NCBI RefSeq assembly: GCF_022045235.1
Contig: NW_027266271.1
Location: 7,316,001-7,380,000 of the forward strand
DNA from: Haliotis cracherodii
Taxonomy: Eukaryota
Length of the DNA: 64,000 nt
Direction: 5' to 3'
Shown here: piece after piece, positions 51,290-64,000 of the stretch
Layout: each line of letters begins with the position of its first letter
Position numbering within the stretch: position 1 is the first letter of the stretch
Translations under genes and position numbers: made by a program
Notes under the pieces: generated by a model
Told to the model about the DNA's origin: nothing
Databases searched by the model: none
The model's input: the letters and a program-made list of their open reading frames with translations, nothing else

Positions 51290-52540
51290 AATGCAGATGT
51301 AAGTTACATTGCTGAAATAATGCTAACTGCCAGTTACACTGGTGATACTGATGAAGAAGTAGGCATATAATAAATAAAAAAAAAGAGTTGACATCCAGAT
51401 ATTCTCTTCCTTATGTGTATAATTTCTAAATGCCTTTCAAAGGCCAGTTTGCTTAATATAGATATCAGTTACACTGCTGAAATGTTGCTTACTATCAGTC
51501 ACATTGCTGAAATATTGCTTAACATAGATATTAGTTACAGTGCTGACATATTGCATACTATCAGTCACATTGCTGAAATATTGCTTACTATAGATATCAT
51601 TTACACTGCTGAAATATTGCTTAATATAGATATCAGTTACACTGCTGAAATGTTGCTTACTATCAGTCACATTGCTGAAATATTGCTTAACATAGATATA
51701 AGTTACACTGCTGACATATTGCATCCTATCAGTCACATTGCTGAAATATTGCTTACTATAGATATCAGTTACACTGCTGACATATTGCTTAATAGAGATA
51801 TCAGTTACACTGCTGAAATATTGCTTCATATAGATATCAGTTACGCTGCTGAAATATTGCTTACTATCAGTCACATTGGTGAAATATTTCTTATTTTAGA
51901 TATTAGTTACACTGCTGAAATATTGCTTACTATCAGTCACATTGCTGAAATATTGCTTACTATAGATATCATTTACACTGCTGAAATATTGCTTCATATA
52001 GATATCAGTTACACTGCTGAAATATTGCTTACTATCAGTCACATTGCTGAAATATTGCTATTATATATATCAGTTACACTGCTGAAATATTGCTTATTAT
52101 CAGTCACATTGCTGAAATATTGCTTATTTTAGATATTAGTTACACTGCTGAAATATTGCTTACTATCAGTCGCATTGCTGAAATATTGCTTATTATAGAT
52201 ATCATTTACACTGCTGAAATATTGCTTCATATAGATATCAATTACACTGCTGAAATATTGCTTACTATCAGTCACATTGCTGAAATAATGCTTGACGCAG
52301 ATGTTAGGTACATTGCTAAAAAAAGAGTTACTGTAGATGTCAGTTTCATTGCTGAAATATTGCTTACTAAGGGTATCAGTTACACTGCTGAAATATTGCT
52401 TAATATAGATATCAGTTACTTTGCTGAAATGTTGCTTACTATCAGTCACATAGCTGAAATATTGCTTGACGCAGATGTCAGGTACATTGCTGAAATAAGT
52501 GTTATTGTAGATGTCAGTTTCACTGCTGAAATATTGCTTA
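51290..52540. repeat. Minisatellite of interspersed 36-bp and 30-bp units
   Basis: ATATCAGTTACACTGCTGAAATATTGCTTAATATAG and CTATCAGTCACATTGCTGAAATATTGCTTA. Confidence 0.95.
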
Positions 52541-53019
52541 CATGCCAAAATACTTTTTATTCATCAGTTAAAAAAGAGGCCATTTCGACATTAAAAGCGT
52601 TTCCAAGGTTAGTCCGCAAAACCCAGCACCACACATGCATCTGTATATAGATCTGTGTTGACACTTGGTGGAACTCGACACGCTATCGTTTACGTATACA
52701 CAAGGAGAAAATAGTAATGAAACTACCTCTGATCTACAATTCGCCGGAAATGTCAAATGATCATAACTATCTAAAAAGGAAGACATATCTTCTGTTGCGC
52801 ATGATTAAGAGATTGTTCTGGACGAATTACATTCAGACACGAATTATGTCTTGCTTTTTTCCTTGTATATATATTTCCGATCTTATGTTTGAATACATGT
52901 TCGACGACCTAAATAATATTTCTTTTTTTCCCCTCATAAATCACAGATTGGGTGTATGTAAAAATAGGCATAGTTCATAAAGGGGCTACACAGTCTCCGA
53001 CAAATTACTTCAAAGATCT

Positions 53020-53250
53020 GTGGGTGCGATTGAAGTGGCATCCCTTAGGCCTTCCAGAATCCATTAATTGTGGGTTTGAATCCCAGGTTCGTCCTGAATA
53101 CGTACGTTTCTAGGTAGCAGATACCTGTTGCTCATGGGTTTTGTGGTAAACATCTAAACCCTGCATCTCTTGGGGGTTCCGCTCACAAGCGCACATGCTG
53201 TGAAATAATTGTTAAACTGTTCGGCGTTAAATCAAACTCATTCACACATT
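53020..53250 (+). mobile_element. SINE family C, decayed
   Basis: GTGGGTTTGAATCCCAGGTTCG, GTTTCTAGGT, GGCGTTAAATCAAACTCA. Confidence 0.6.
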
Positions 53251-53479
53251 CAAAAGTGGTCCTGAAAAATAACAAGGATGTCGTCAGAAATAACCTTTAT
53301 GATTCATGTAATGCCTTCCATATTGATCTGACATGCTTATTGCAATCTCTCCCGAGAACAAAGAAATGACATCATGAGATATAGATTTATATTTTCTGTC
53401 GCAAGTCAGTGAAGCATAAAATATGTTACATGTAACTTATTATTGATAAAGAAGCACTATTGTGTGGCAAGCATTGTGC

Positions 53480-53685
53480 AAATGATGATGACGCCTTTTC
53501 TGATGTGGAGGACCTTTTACACCACCAGGAGGAAGCCTTCTACACCATTGGGATCCAGGTACACCAGCATCGTTGGCAGAAGTGTGTGGACCTAAGAGGG
53601 GGTTATATTGAAAAATAATTAGCAACCAACTCCATCAAAGCAGTCCATCGTCGTGATGCTAAAAACTTTTCAGCCACTCCTCGAA
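53480..53685 (+). mobile_element. Mariner 3' end; same family as 24550-25400
   Basis: TTTTACACCA..AGGAAGCCTT.TACACCA..GGGAT..AAGTGTGTGGACCT shared with 25238-25315; TIR-like AACTTTTCAGCCACTCCTCG. Confidence 0.7.
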
Positions 53686-54234
53686 TACATTCAACCCTGA
53701 CAAAATTAAAGCGAACTCTTTCGCGCGACAGCTTTAGTATTGTGTGATTTTGCATAGGTAATTTAGTTGAATATCCTTAGTAGATTGCATCTTTCAATTT
53801 AGGGATCATGACATTTGGCTTTGATCTCTACAATTGTCCTGACATTTGCTCATCCCGTAATTTTCCCCATAAAACTTAAAAAGCTCCAGTACATGAAAGG
53901 CCAATGAATCTGTCACTCCGTAAACAGTTCTTGAATGCTGCCCCTATAGAAATCAAGCAACTCGTACGTTTACAGTATTAGACTATATCCTAACTATGAC
54001 GACATAAGTAATATATTCGTTAGACAGAAAAAAATGTAACAAGTAAATTTGGCAAGACTATACGATATAGAGAGAGAGTCGTGACATTCTGAAAAAGAAT
54101 ACTTTCCTTTAGTCGTTGTTTGTTTTTTGCGGTGGTATTAACGCCATTTTACCACACCTACTCAGAGCGATGCAGGGACCGACATACATTAATTGAGTAA
54201 AACCACATTTTTGAAGATGGCTATCAGCTTGGCG

Positions 54235-54370
54235 TGAGTGAGTGTTTGTTTCAGTTAATATTTCAGCGATGCCAAGGAAGCATGTAAATAACCGAATCTG
54301 GACCAGGAAAAAAGGTAAATGGTCATGAACACCGTCCCATGCAGTTGGGGTGCAATGACATGCTATCAAC
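54235..54370 (-). mobile_element. SINE family B fragment
   Basis: TGTAAATAACCGAATCTGGACCAG..GCAGTTGGG..ATGACATG similar to 47900-47990. Confidence 0.5.
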
Positions 54371-54473
54371 TTAGCTTTAATACGTTATCAGTGATGTTAG
54401 GAATGTATTCCACGCCTTATCTAATGAAATATGTTCCTGAAACATGTGTACCGTGGTTCCTTTAGGCATATTC

Positions 54474-55630
54474 GTGTGTAATACAATGCACCTTGAAGCA
54501 TTACTGGTGTGTAATACCACGCCCCTTGAAGCATTACTGGTGTATAAAACAATGTTCCCTTGAAACATTACCAGTGTGTAATACCACGCTCCTTGAAGCA
54601 TTACTGGTGTATAAAACAATGTTCCCTTGAAACATTACTGGTGTGTAATACCACGCCCCTTGAAGCATTACTGGTATAAAATACCACGCTCCTTGAAGAA
54701 TTACTGGTGTATAAAACAATGTTCTCTTGAAACATTACTGGTGTGTAATACCACGCCCCTTGAAGCATTACTGGTGTGTAATACCATACTCCTTGAAGCA
54801 TTACTGGTGTGTAATACCATGCTCCTTGAAGCATTACTGGTGTGTAATACCATGCTCCTTGAGGCATTACTGGTGTGTAATACCATGCTCCTTGAATCAT
54901 TACTGGTGTGTAATACCAAGCTCCTTGAAACATTACTGGTGTATTATAAAAAATGTTCCCATGAAGCATTACAAGTGTGTAATACCATGTTCTCATGGAG
55001 AATTACTCGTGTGCAGTACCATGTTCCAAGTATTACTAGTGTATAACACTATGTTCCATGTGTTCCTGTTAAGTAGTACTAGTGCATAACTCTATGTTCC
55101 ATGTGTTACTGTCAAGTATCACTAGTGTATAACGCTGTGTTCCATGTGTCCTTGTAAAGAATCACTAGTGTATAACGCTATGTTCCGTGTGTTCCTGTAA
55201 AGAATCACTAGTGTATAATACTATGTTCCATGTGTTACTGTAAAGTATCACTAGTGTATAACACTATGCTCCATGTGTTCCTGTAAAGTATTACCAGTGT
55301 AAAACACTATGTTCCATGTGTTCCTGTAAAGTATCATTAGTGTATAACACTCCGTTCCATGTGTTCCTGTAAAGTATCACGAGTGTATAACACTGTTGCA
55401 TGTGTTCCTGTAAAGTATTACTAGTGTATAACACTATGTCCCATGTGTTCCTGTAAAGTATAACTAGTGTATAAAGCTATGTTCCATGTGTTCCTGCAAA
55501 GTATTACTGGTGTATAACAGTGTTCAATGTGTTCCTGAAAAAGTATTACTAGTGTATAACACTATGTTCCATGTGTTCCTGTAAAGTATCACTAGTGTAT
55601 AACACTATGCTCCATGTGTTCCTGTAAAGT
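54474..55630. repeat. Bipartite minisatellite: 33-bp units followed by 43-bp units
   Basis: TTGAAGCATTACTGGTGTGTAATACCATGCTCC to ~55030, then CTAGTGTATAACACTATGTTCCATGTGTTCCTGTAAAGTATCA. Confidence 0.95.
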
Positions 55631-58589
55631 TAAAATATTTTAGGTTCATTGAGGTATGACTGTCTGTGACACCTTCTGTGACACCTTCCTTTCGATCTGC
55701 AAGCCACACTTCAAGAGTAGGGTATCGTCAATTATTATTACCTCAGAGATTGGAAAAGGAAAGCTTGGCTAGAACATGAACTGAACGCTCACTTGAAACT
55801 TTCCATGGATGGAGTTTCTCACTAAACTATTCCAAAAGAATATTTCAATGTGCAGATTGCTCTGAATTCTTTGGATTGTTTTGTCTGTGTTGGATTGTGC
55901 ATTCTAGCCTATATACAGGCTTAAATAGATTAGAAAGAAATGCGTTTTGTCCACAGAATGTTTTCAGTTTCCCTCAAGTTGATATATTGGATCAGACTTG
56001 AGTGGAATGAAGAAGTAACTTTAAAATTAAATTGAAATTGAATGAAAACTCTGAATTTAGTGAGGATGAATCGGGTTATTAGGAAATGTAGCTGTTCTTT
56101 CAGAAAACGGAATCGGGTTCAAACTTTTATCTTAGGGTTGCACGCAAGTTGCTAATTGCAAGGTCGGGATTCACCGTGCACGTGGACTTTAACACAGTGG
56201 GAAACGTCTATGGTAAACGTCACTTGAGCCTTTATTCCCTCATAACGGACACGCCATCAAAGCATGATTCAGAGCGGAGTCATATCCGACTCTCTCACTC
56301 GGAGACACCACAAACGAACTAACTATAGTATTCAAGTAGTGCAACATGCCTCTCCAGTGAACACCGTGTCAACTGGGACACACAGATGACGAGATCAGCG
56401 CTGTCACCTCTACAAATAACTTTTGCGGTCCAAATACTTGCAGGGTGATAGTGTTTCATCTGTAACAGATACGTGGTACTCGTGTATAACGATCACACGT
56501 TCTGCCAACCCAATCCATAAAACATATATTGGGACAGTCCCTTGCATGTGTGGCGCCGACGTTTGACAAACATGCGTCCTCAATGGCATGTTTAGGTAAT
56601 GTACGCCGGCTTGTCTCTGCATCTCTGTGTGTATTAAACCCATAGATCTATGTGATTCCCATGTGAAGACGGTTGTAGGACACTACTGTTGTGTGAGAAT
56701 ATGTTACTCGCAATCTGGGTATATAGACTTACTGAACTATTAGAAGGTCTGTACCGAGATCTGGTCACACAGCCTGTCTGCTGTACATGCCCTGCAATCT
56801 AAAGCAGAATCACGATTAACTTACAATCTTGTGTACAGAGGTTGACCTTACAGTTAGTCGGTGTCCGGGGAGTACCCAATAAGGCCTGTCTGAGGCCTTG
56901 GTCTACACATAGGCTTTACACGAGATTTAGGAAGCTTTATTCGTAGATAAGTGGCGTCAGTTTTGCTAGGTCGTGCAACTATACAGTTTATTCAAGGTAT
57001 AGTTAGACTAATCAAAGTGCTAAACATGACAACACAGGCAACGGATGAGACCAAGCCGTTCACTCTTCAGTAAATGCTTGAGTTGTATGTGCGTTGTTTG
57101 ATGGCGTTGTTGTTGCTCGGAAGGCGCGAAGGTAAACGCTTTGAAATTGCTAACACCGAAATTCGGAATTTTGAAGCCTGTCTGAAATATGCCTCAGAAA
57201 TTACATTTCATTGCATTTTCTTCACACAGAAAGCTTGGTGGTTTAACTGAAATATGATTCAAAACGGCAATGTGTACACCTCATACATCAAACTAGAGCT
57301 GGAATACAGTCCAAGGTGCAATTAGTCTTTGTAAAAAAACTTCTTATGCATCGTTCGGCTGCTGGAATTGATACAAAATAGAAATAGCCGGTATGCTTAT
57401 CAAGTTAGTGTATGGTGTTCACGCAGCAGTCCGCAGTGTTCCAGCCGAAAGACGGTGGCCCGTGTCTTTACAATAAAAACCAGTGACTGAAAGCATGAGC
57501 AGCAACCAACGGAATCAGAGCAGGGTGACACACAAGGTACAATCGAGTATGCTCTTTCTACAACCCAAGAAAGGTTAGAACACCCAAGGCCTCAGTAAAG
57601 ATTAAAAAAAGGTTTATGGTAGACATGTGGAGTGACAAAAACGATGTCCGATGCAATTCCCTATTTCGACTTATCGCGTATGTTCCTGTGTTTTCTCAGA
57701 TGAACAGTTGACTTGCCTTTGCATGTGTTTGTACCTTTTCCCGAACATCGAGTAGTATCATTATTTGGTATTAATTCAGAAACACATGCCATGATACAGT
57801 CGGAACCGTACAATCGACTCTGTTTTTGTCAGAGATTTCTTATGAATAAGGAAAAGGTTTTGTCGCTTATACTAAAATTGGAAGCCAAATCACAGAACCT
57901 GATCACTCAATCCAACAATAGGCTGGTCTTCTACCCAGGGTCCCCAGGGCGTGGTATGCCATTGGTTACGAGAATGAAATGTTTATAATTATGGATATAC
58001 TCTCCATTTACGTCAACTTACTGTTACGATTTAATGGTACTAATATATACCACTCGAATAAAAACAGAAATATGCCTATCAAAACTTGAGTTGTGAAGTT
58101 CAATATATTTGGCATCTGTCTTTAAAAGCCGTTAGTATGTTAAGTCAAGGCAAGACAAAGTTTCTTTCATAACGCCAAAAAGCGATCAACACAAAACAAC
58201 ATTTCGTACTGATACTTAGTTCTAATCGCCTACCCCCATCACCTTCCCCAAACCAAACCACAGCCCATCTCAGTTGTCCAAGAGTAATCCGCTTATCGAA
58301 GTCAATTATGTTTCGCTCCTTCATGAAATAATATTTGGAAAGATTAAAACATTTCTCACTTCTTTTTAAATGCACAAACTTTAACATATTAGGAACTTGT
58401 TGATGCCATGTATAGCTAAATATCTCCATCGGATACATTGATGTTAGTGGACAAAGAATGAAAACATGGTTATCGGTTTTACAAACAGGACAGGAGTCTT
58501 TGGTCTAGCGGTAACTTGGGTCCCTCTCAATCATAACCAGGTGCGAGCTGAGACGGAAACGTGCCAATCCAATTCTAAACAGCTTAATC

Positions 58590-59090
58590 ACAATAATATC
58601 AGTTAAATACTTTTAACAATTTATCTTTATAGCAAACAAAAGTCTTTTGCCGGTGGTTGATTCAGCCACTCTTGGCTCTGTACATCTTGTAATCTCTGCT
58701 AAAATTCAGTAACAAACCCATTCAGGTTCAAAACATTTTTTCCCACCCATATGTATCCAAAAATCATATTTATTTAACGCATCCTTCAATAAGTTATCCA
58801 GTTTTCTTTCTTGTGTGGCAGACATATTCATTATTACTGTGTAACATACATTAATATAACTGTCTGTGTCAATCTAAACTTTTCAACCAATATTTTAGGA
58901 TTTTCACAAGCCTAGTTAGTATCAATAAGTATATCCCAAATCCCGGTATGCAGACGAAGTGGATAATTTAACACGTAAAATATGTTTCATGAACCCTTAA
59001 TAGACACGCTCTATGTCTTTAGCTTCTCTAAATCGCCAAACCTCACAACCATAGCATCAAATAGGAAGAATAATACCATTAAACAACTGT
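58590..59090 (-). mobile_element. Decayed LINE 3' fragment
   Basis: LVKILKYWLKSL, KDALNKYDF, LNGFVTEF*QRLQDVQSQEWLN. Confidence 0.6.
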
Positions 59091-60797
59091 TGATGTACAT
59101 GTATGTAAAGAAAAATACAGGAATTCCTTCTGAATTATTGTGACGCTTGATCTGGCAATGTCTTCTTGGCTTGTGCAAAAGTCACTGAAGAAGGAAATAC
59201 TAGTCGTAGACATTTAAACAGATAAAATACATTGACACAGTTCAATGTGACGTCTTCTTGCACTACACTGCTCTGACGTCCGCAGGAAAATGTAACGTTC
59301 GTCTGCCTCTGTAACTTCTGGTGTCCATTACCTACAGATGTTTTAGTTATAAACAATAATGATTATTGCCACACACGCAACAGTCGCCGAGTTGAGATCT
59401 CGCAGTTCTCCGCCCCACCATTGTCACACTACAGCCCATGATGCGTGATAACTTATGAAAACCATTACTAAAGGAAAATGAAGCACGCAATATGTACTCG
59501 TGGACATTACTTTATCGATTAATGGGCATCCATTTTCCTCGTTAAGAAGTAGGCACAAAACGAAATTGACATTGATTCAGCACGCCGGATGCACAGTGGC
59601 AACTATGATAATTACTGAAAATGTTTCTAATGCTTAGGTTAAACAATAACCTTCGTTTGGATCAATTTGTATCTAAAATATTGAAATAATTGAATATTTC
59701 TGTTGCATGTTGAATGTCGTACGCAATAAATTTTTAATTCTTATTCTTACTTTCAAACGAAAATGTCAGAAGCTGTATTTTAGACGAACAACCCATCTTT
59801 ATCACACAAAAGTGTATGCCAGTACCTATTACTAAATGATTGCTCAACGCACCTTCCTGTACAAAGGATGCACCAATGAGGTCCCAAATATACTTAATTA
59901 CATATTACATGACCTTCCAAGAGCCATGACTAAAATTGTCTCATATGTAGAGATATACTAGAAAGATGAGTAGTAACAGCATAATGAGGACATTGATTAT
60001 ATAATTACTCCCCTAAATACCCTACGACCCTAAATATAATCAATGAGAGCAAATACATATCTGAACACGATGGTCAGATGCCACACGGGGCCATTAGCGC
60101 TCAAAGGTGAAACTGGTATAGTCATTTAAAGTTGGTGATGGCTCGTACGCCGTATATTCTTGGGTTACGTGTAACTGCAGTGATTTGGAGACTGGTTCTA
60201 GGCCGCCCATCATATAGGAACATCGGGCTGCTTGTATCAAGCTCTTCCGGCTTGCCACAGGAATAAGATTTATTTGGAAACAATTTGAAAATACCTAGGA
60301 AGGACGTATAGTACATAATTTTTACCCATTACCAAACGAGTTTGAACTGTTGAATGAATGACGTCTCAAGTAGAGTTTGTTTTCGATCGTAAAACCATCT
60401 TCAAAACGACCGAACATGTCAGCAGTCATGTCACGTATATCTTCACAAGGGAAGGGTCGTTGTGGTTTCACAAGACACTCAATTTCTGATCCTGAATCCT
60501 GATTCTTAGGACCGGTTTTCGTGCATGCTCGTCGCTGTATAAGTGCAATAATCTTGGACGCGACGTTAAATCCCATTTCACCTCATCACCTAAGACTGGT
60601 TAAAAAAGTTTCGGATACAACGTTTCACAGAGTCGATGGTGGTTTGGAAGTGTAGGTTGCTGGGTCGCCAATGGGTTGGAAATACAGGGTTTAGTAAACC
60701 TACTATTTAAACATCATTGTAACGAAAATAATTGTTTTAACGTTTAACAGGACTATCTACATACATCTAACGTTTTTAGTTTTACTTCTGACAAAAG

Positions 60798-60950
60798 AGT
60801 GAGTGAGTGAGTATGGTTTTACGCCACTTTTAGCAATATTCCAGCCATATCACGGCGGGGGACACCAGAAATGGGCTTCACACAATGTACCCATGTTGGG
60901 AATCGAACCCGGGTCGAATGCTTTAATCACTAGGCTACCCGACCGCCCCT
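60798..60950 (-). mobile_element. Short tRNA-derived SINE family D
   Basis: (GAGT)n tail, TTTAGCAATATTCCAGC, GGGAATCGAACCC B-box, CACTAGGCTACCC A-box. Confidence 0.8.
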
Positions 60951-61952
60951 CTGACAAAAGAGCCTCACCCGCGTTGGATTGTATTCATATTTGCCTTATT
61001 TGTCGACCATCGCGAATTCATTACTAAAACTCCTAACACTACTCAATGTAGAGTCCAAAAATATCCTTCACACCTTTAGAGCTCTTGTTTCGTTGTAAAA
61101 CACATTTCTGATTACTTCCGCTTATATCGGAAGTGCTTCTGAAATCCTGATTACAGCGTAGGTTGTGAAAAACGGTCTGATATTGTGTTTTGACTTGACG
61201 GACGCTGCAGAACGCAGGAGTCGCCTGAACTCTTTAGTAAAAGACTCGAGAGCCTGGTTGCAATTAATACCAAGAATTAATTTCGATGTAACCTTTGTTT
61301 CTGAAAATGTTCATTTGCACTGATTATTTACCAAATCAGGGAACATTTTAATCTATATTAACTCACAAGAACTCACAGGATCATAGAATATTTACCGATC
61401 ATCTCATTTATTGCTAAAAGTCAGTAAGATAATTGCGCGTTTCAAGTTATACAGCCGACTTGATACATATACATCTGTTCTGTAACCGGATACGCATCCT
61501 TGAAACTACAGAGAAAGATATCCACAGCGCTGAGTAATAACACACAACGACATTTTCTCAAAAGTGCTCTACAGAAATCTTTGACCTGATAACATCTGAT
61601 ACTGGATGACAGCTGGTGATATGGTTATAGATGTCCATTACAAATACATACACGGAACAAGTGCTGTTCTCCAAGAAGGCCATTACAGAAAAAAGGAATA
61701 CTGCCAAACGGGAAGCACTGAATTATAGTTCTCCGCCAATCTGTGCTGGATTATATACGGGTCGTCGTCACAGCTTAAATATTGTTAAGAGCGGCATTAA
61801 ACAACAAACCCCCAAAACGTAAGATATCCCCTAACTGTTATGCATCCGTTGACATGTAAAATTCATAATAGCTGACGATTTTACAAGGAAGCGTCGTAAT
61901 TGATAATCTGGTATGGTCTAATGAACACGCATCAAGAAGTATGGCTGGTGCA

Positions 61953-61954
<2 letters not shown>

Positions 61955-62002
<48 letters not shown>
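61955..62002. repeat. (CT)n(GT)n microsatellite
   Basis: Seen directly. Confidence 0.95.
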
Positions 62003-62003
<1 letters not shown>

Positions 62004-62971
62004 GACTGGTCATTGTTCAGTTCAATAACGCTCGATATAATGTCATGGCGTGATTGATCAATTACCTCCTGCTCCTATCATAAACGTAGTTGGTTGGTAA
62101 CAATCGGACAACACTTAATGCCGAGTTCGTGTTATATTGTGCCTGAATGTTGTTGATATTGTGCTAATAATGATTCATTTGAAATATCGATTTGTAAATA
62201 TGTATGAACACAATAACAACGTTATGGTTTAACTTAATAGTTCGGCCAGTGCCTACTTCTAGCGTATACATAACATTAGAATTTTCCTTTTTTGAGTTAT
62301 TTCCTGACAAAGTATTTTTCAAAAACGACTGTGATGACCTGCACATCACTGTGTGAAATAGTATCGGCATATTTCTGGCCAGTCGGGCGAGCTAGCGTTA
62401 AAGTTACTTTCCACTTTCTAATTTCCTTAGCCATGGATTTTTCATTTCACTACCTATTTTGTTACACTATTCGCGCCTGTTTCTCTTCATCTCTCATTAT
62501 TTCGCTCCCACTACCCTCCCCCGAAAATGAATGCCAGTTGCGCTGTTGGGGCAGTTTGGACGTGTCAGGACTCTACGATCAGAGTTTAATGTCAAAACAG
62601 ACACGAAAAGATTTATTGTTCCCACAATATTTGACATGAGTAGACAAATTTCGTTAACTCGTTCCAGTCAACCAGTTAAAATCTTTATCAGTTAACACAT
62701 TCATAACGTCCAGATCAAGCAACAAGGAAGCGAAAAATACAGTTCGAAGCTTTGTGTGAATAACATGTGCGAAGATTCGTTCGATTTTGGTATCGTAAGA
62801 AGCGGTAAACGTCAATAACAGCACAGTTATTAGATATAAATTAGTTTCTAATGACGCTATTGTTGCCGTAATCTAGTATAAAGACAGTGATCATGATTGG
62901 TCAAATCCAAGCAAGTGACCTGAGGCAGCCAATAAAATAACAGCAATGGATGCCACCCTGTGTATGATATA

Positions 62972-64000
62972 AACTGACGTCCAAAAGAAACTTTACCAAC
63001 TGAAAATATAAATTTCAGACAAAGTATAATTTTTTTTTCGATGAAGACTATCTAAAACACATAACCTAAATACAACAATAGTGTATGCAGAAAATGTTAA
63101 TCGTCTGTTACATGTTTGCGAGATAACACGCGAAAAAGGGAAAAAACACGTGCACCACGGACAACTGCAAATGCACGTGCGGGTAAGGGTATAAAACGAT
63201 TGCAACGGCAAGTCAGACATCCACAGTGATAAAAAAACACAAAAGAAATGCCACGACTCACAGTCGAACAACGTGAACGAGCCTTGGGTATGGTACAGAT
63301 GGGAGCCACCCACGCAAATATTGCACGAACCTTCGGTTGCTCCCGTGTTGCCGTTACCAACTTGATGCAACGTTACAGACAGACAGGACGGACCACTGAC
63401 AGGCCAAGAACAGGCAGACCCAGGGTTACCACGGCCCATGATGTCCGGTACTTGCGTACCTTGCACCTCCGAAATCGCTTCCTGACAGTGACGTCATCGG
63501 CGACAAATGCCTTAGGTGACAGGGGTAGTCGACAAACAGTGGCCAGGAGACTCAGGGCTCATGGAATCAGGGCTTTTAGACCATACAGAGGACAGCTATT
63601 GACAGCGCAACATCGTCGTCTGCGATTGAGATGGGCCCGGACTGTACGACGTTGGCAACGACGTGACTGGCAGAGGGTTGTCTTCACTGACGAAAGTCGA
63701 TTCTGTATGTTTAGGGCTGATGGAAGACAACGTGTTTACCGCCGAAGGGGTGAACGAACTGCGGCGTGTTGCGTGCAGGAGGTCGTACCATATGGTGGAG
63801 GGAGTGTCATGGTGTGGGGAGGTATCTGTGAGCAGGAGAGGACACCGCTGTTCATCGTTGACGGAAACTTGACAGCTCAGCGTTACATGGATAACATTCT
63901 TCGTCCAGTTGTCCTACCATTTCTCCAACAGCAGCCACGTGGTGTCATCTATCAGCATGACAACGCTAGAGCCCATACAGCCATACAACTTCCTCGCAGC
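62972..64000 (+). mobile_element. Young Tc1 transposon, left TIR to window edge
   Basis: TA then AACTGACGTCCAAAAGAAACTTTACCA, matching the right TIR of the 31370-32244 copy. Confidence 0.9.
63248..64000 (+). CDS. Tc1 transposase, open for 251 codons to the window end; probable frameshift near 63983; absent from the ORF track
   Basis: MPRLTVEQRERALGM..DRPRTGRPRVTT..VVFTDESRF..GGGSVMVWGGI..YQHDNARAHTA. Confidence 0.85.
   Translation, partial: MPRLTVEQRERALGMVQMGATHANIARTFGCSRVAVTNLMQRYRQTGRTTDRPRTGRPRVTTAHDVRYLRTLHLRNRFLTVTSSATNALGDRGSRQTVARRLRAHGIRAFRPYRGQLLTAQHRRLRLRWARTVRRWQRRDWQRVVFTDESRFCMFRADGRQRVYRRRGERTAACCVQEVVPYGGGSVMVWGGICEQERTPLFIVDGNLTAQRYMDNILRPVVLPFLQQQPRGVIYQHDNARAHTAIQLPRS

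Overview
AT-rich, repeat-dense animal genomic DNA. The tRNA-SINE families with (GAGT)n/(CACT)n tails suggest a mollusc, probably abalone/Haliotis (inference). One clear host gene: a spliced WD40-repeat gene resembling WDR86 on the + strand (CDS 9967-10722, 15770-15905, either 16509-16612 or 17603-17706, then 18872-19084; 402 aa). Its third coding exon is present as two homologous 104-nt copies with identical splice phases, 15/35 aa identical, that cannot both be used in frame. This candidate pair of mutually exclusive exons is the main finding. The rest is mostly TE debris: LINE and Penelope-like RT fragments, Tc1 and mariner copies (one nested in a LINE, one nearly intact at the window end), MULE and possible hAT remnants, SINEs and palindromic MITE-like elements. 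Many mini/microsatellites produce the long spurious ORFs in the track. There is a 167-nt assembly gap at 15980-16146.
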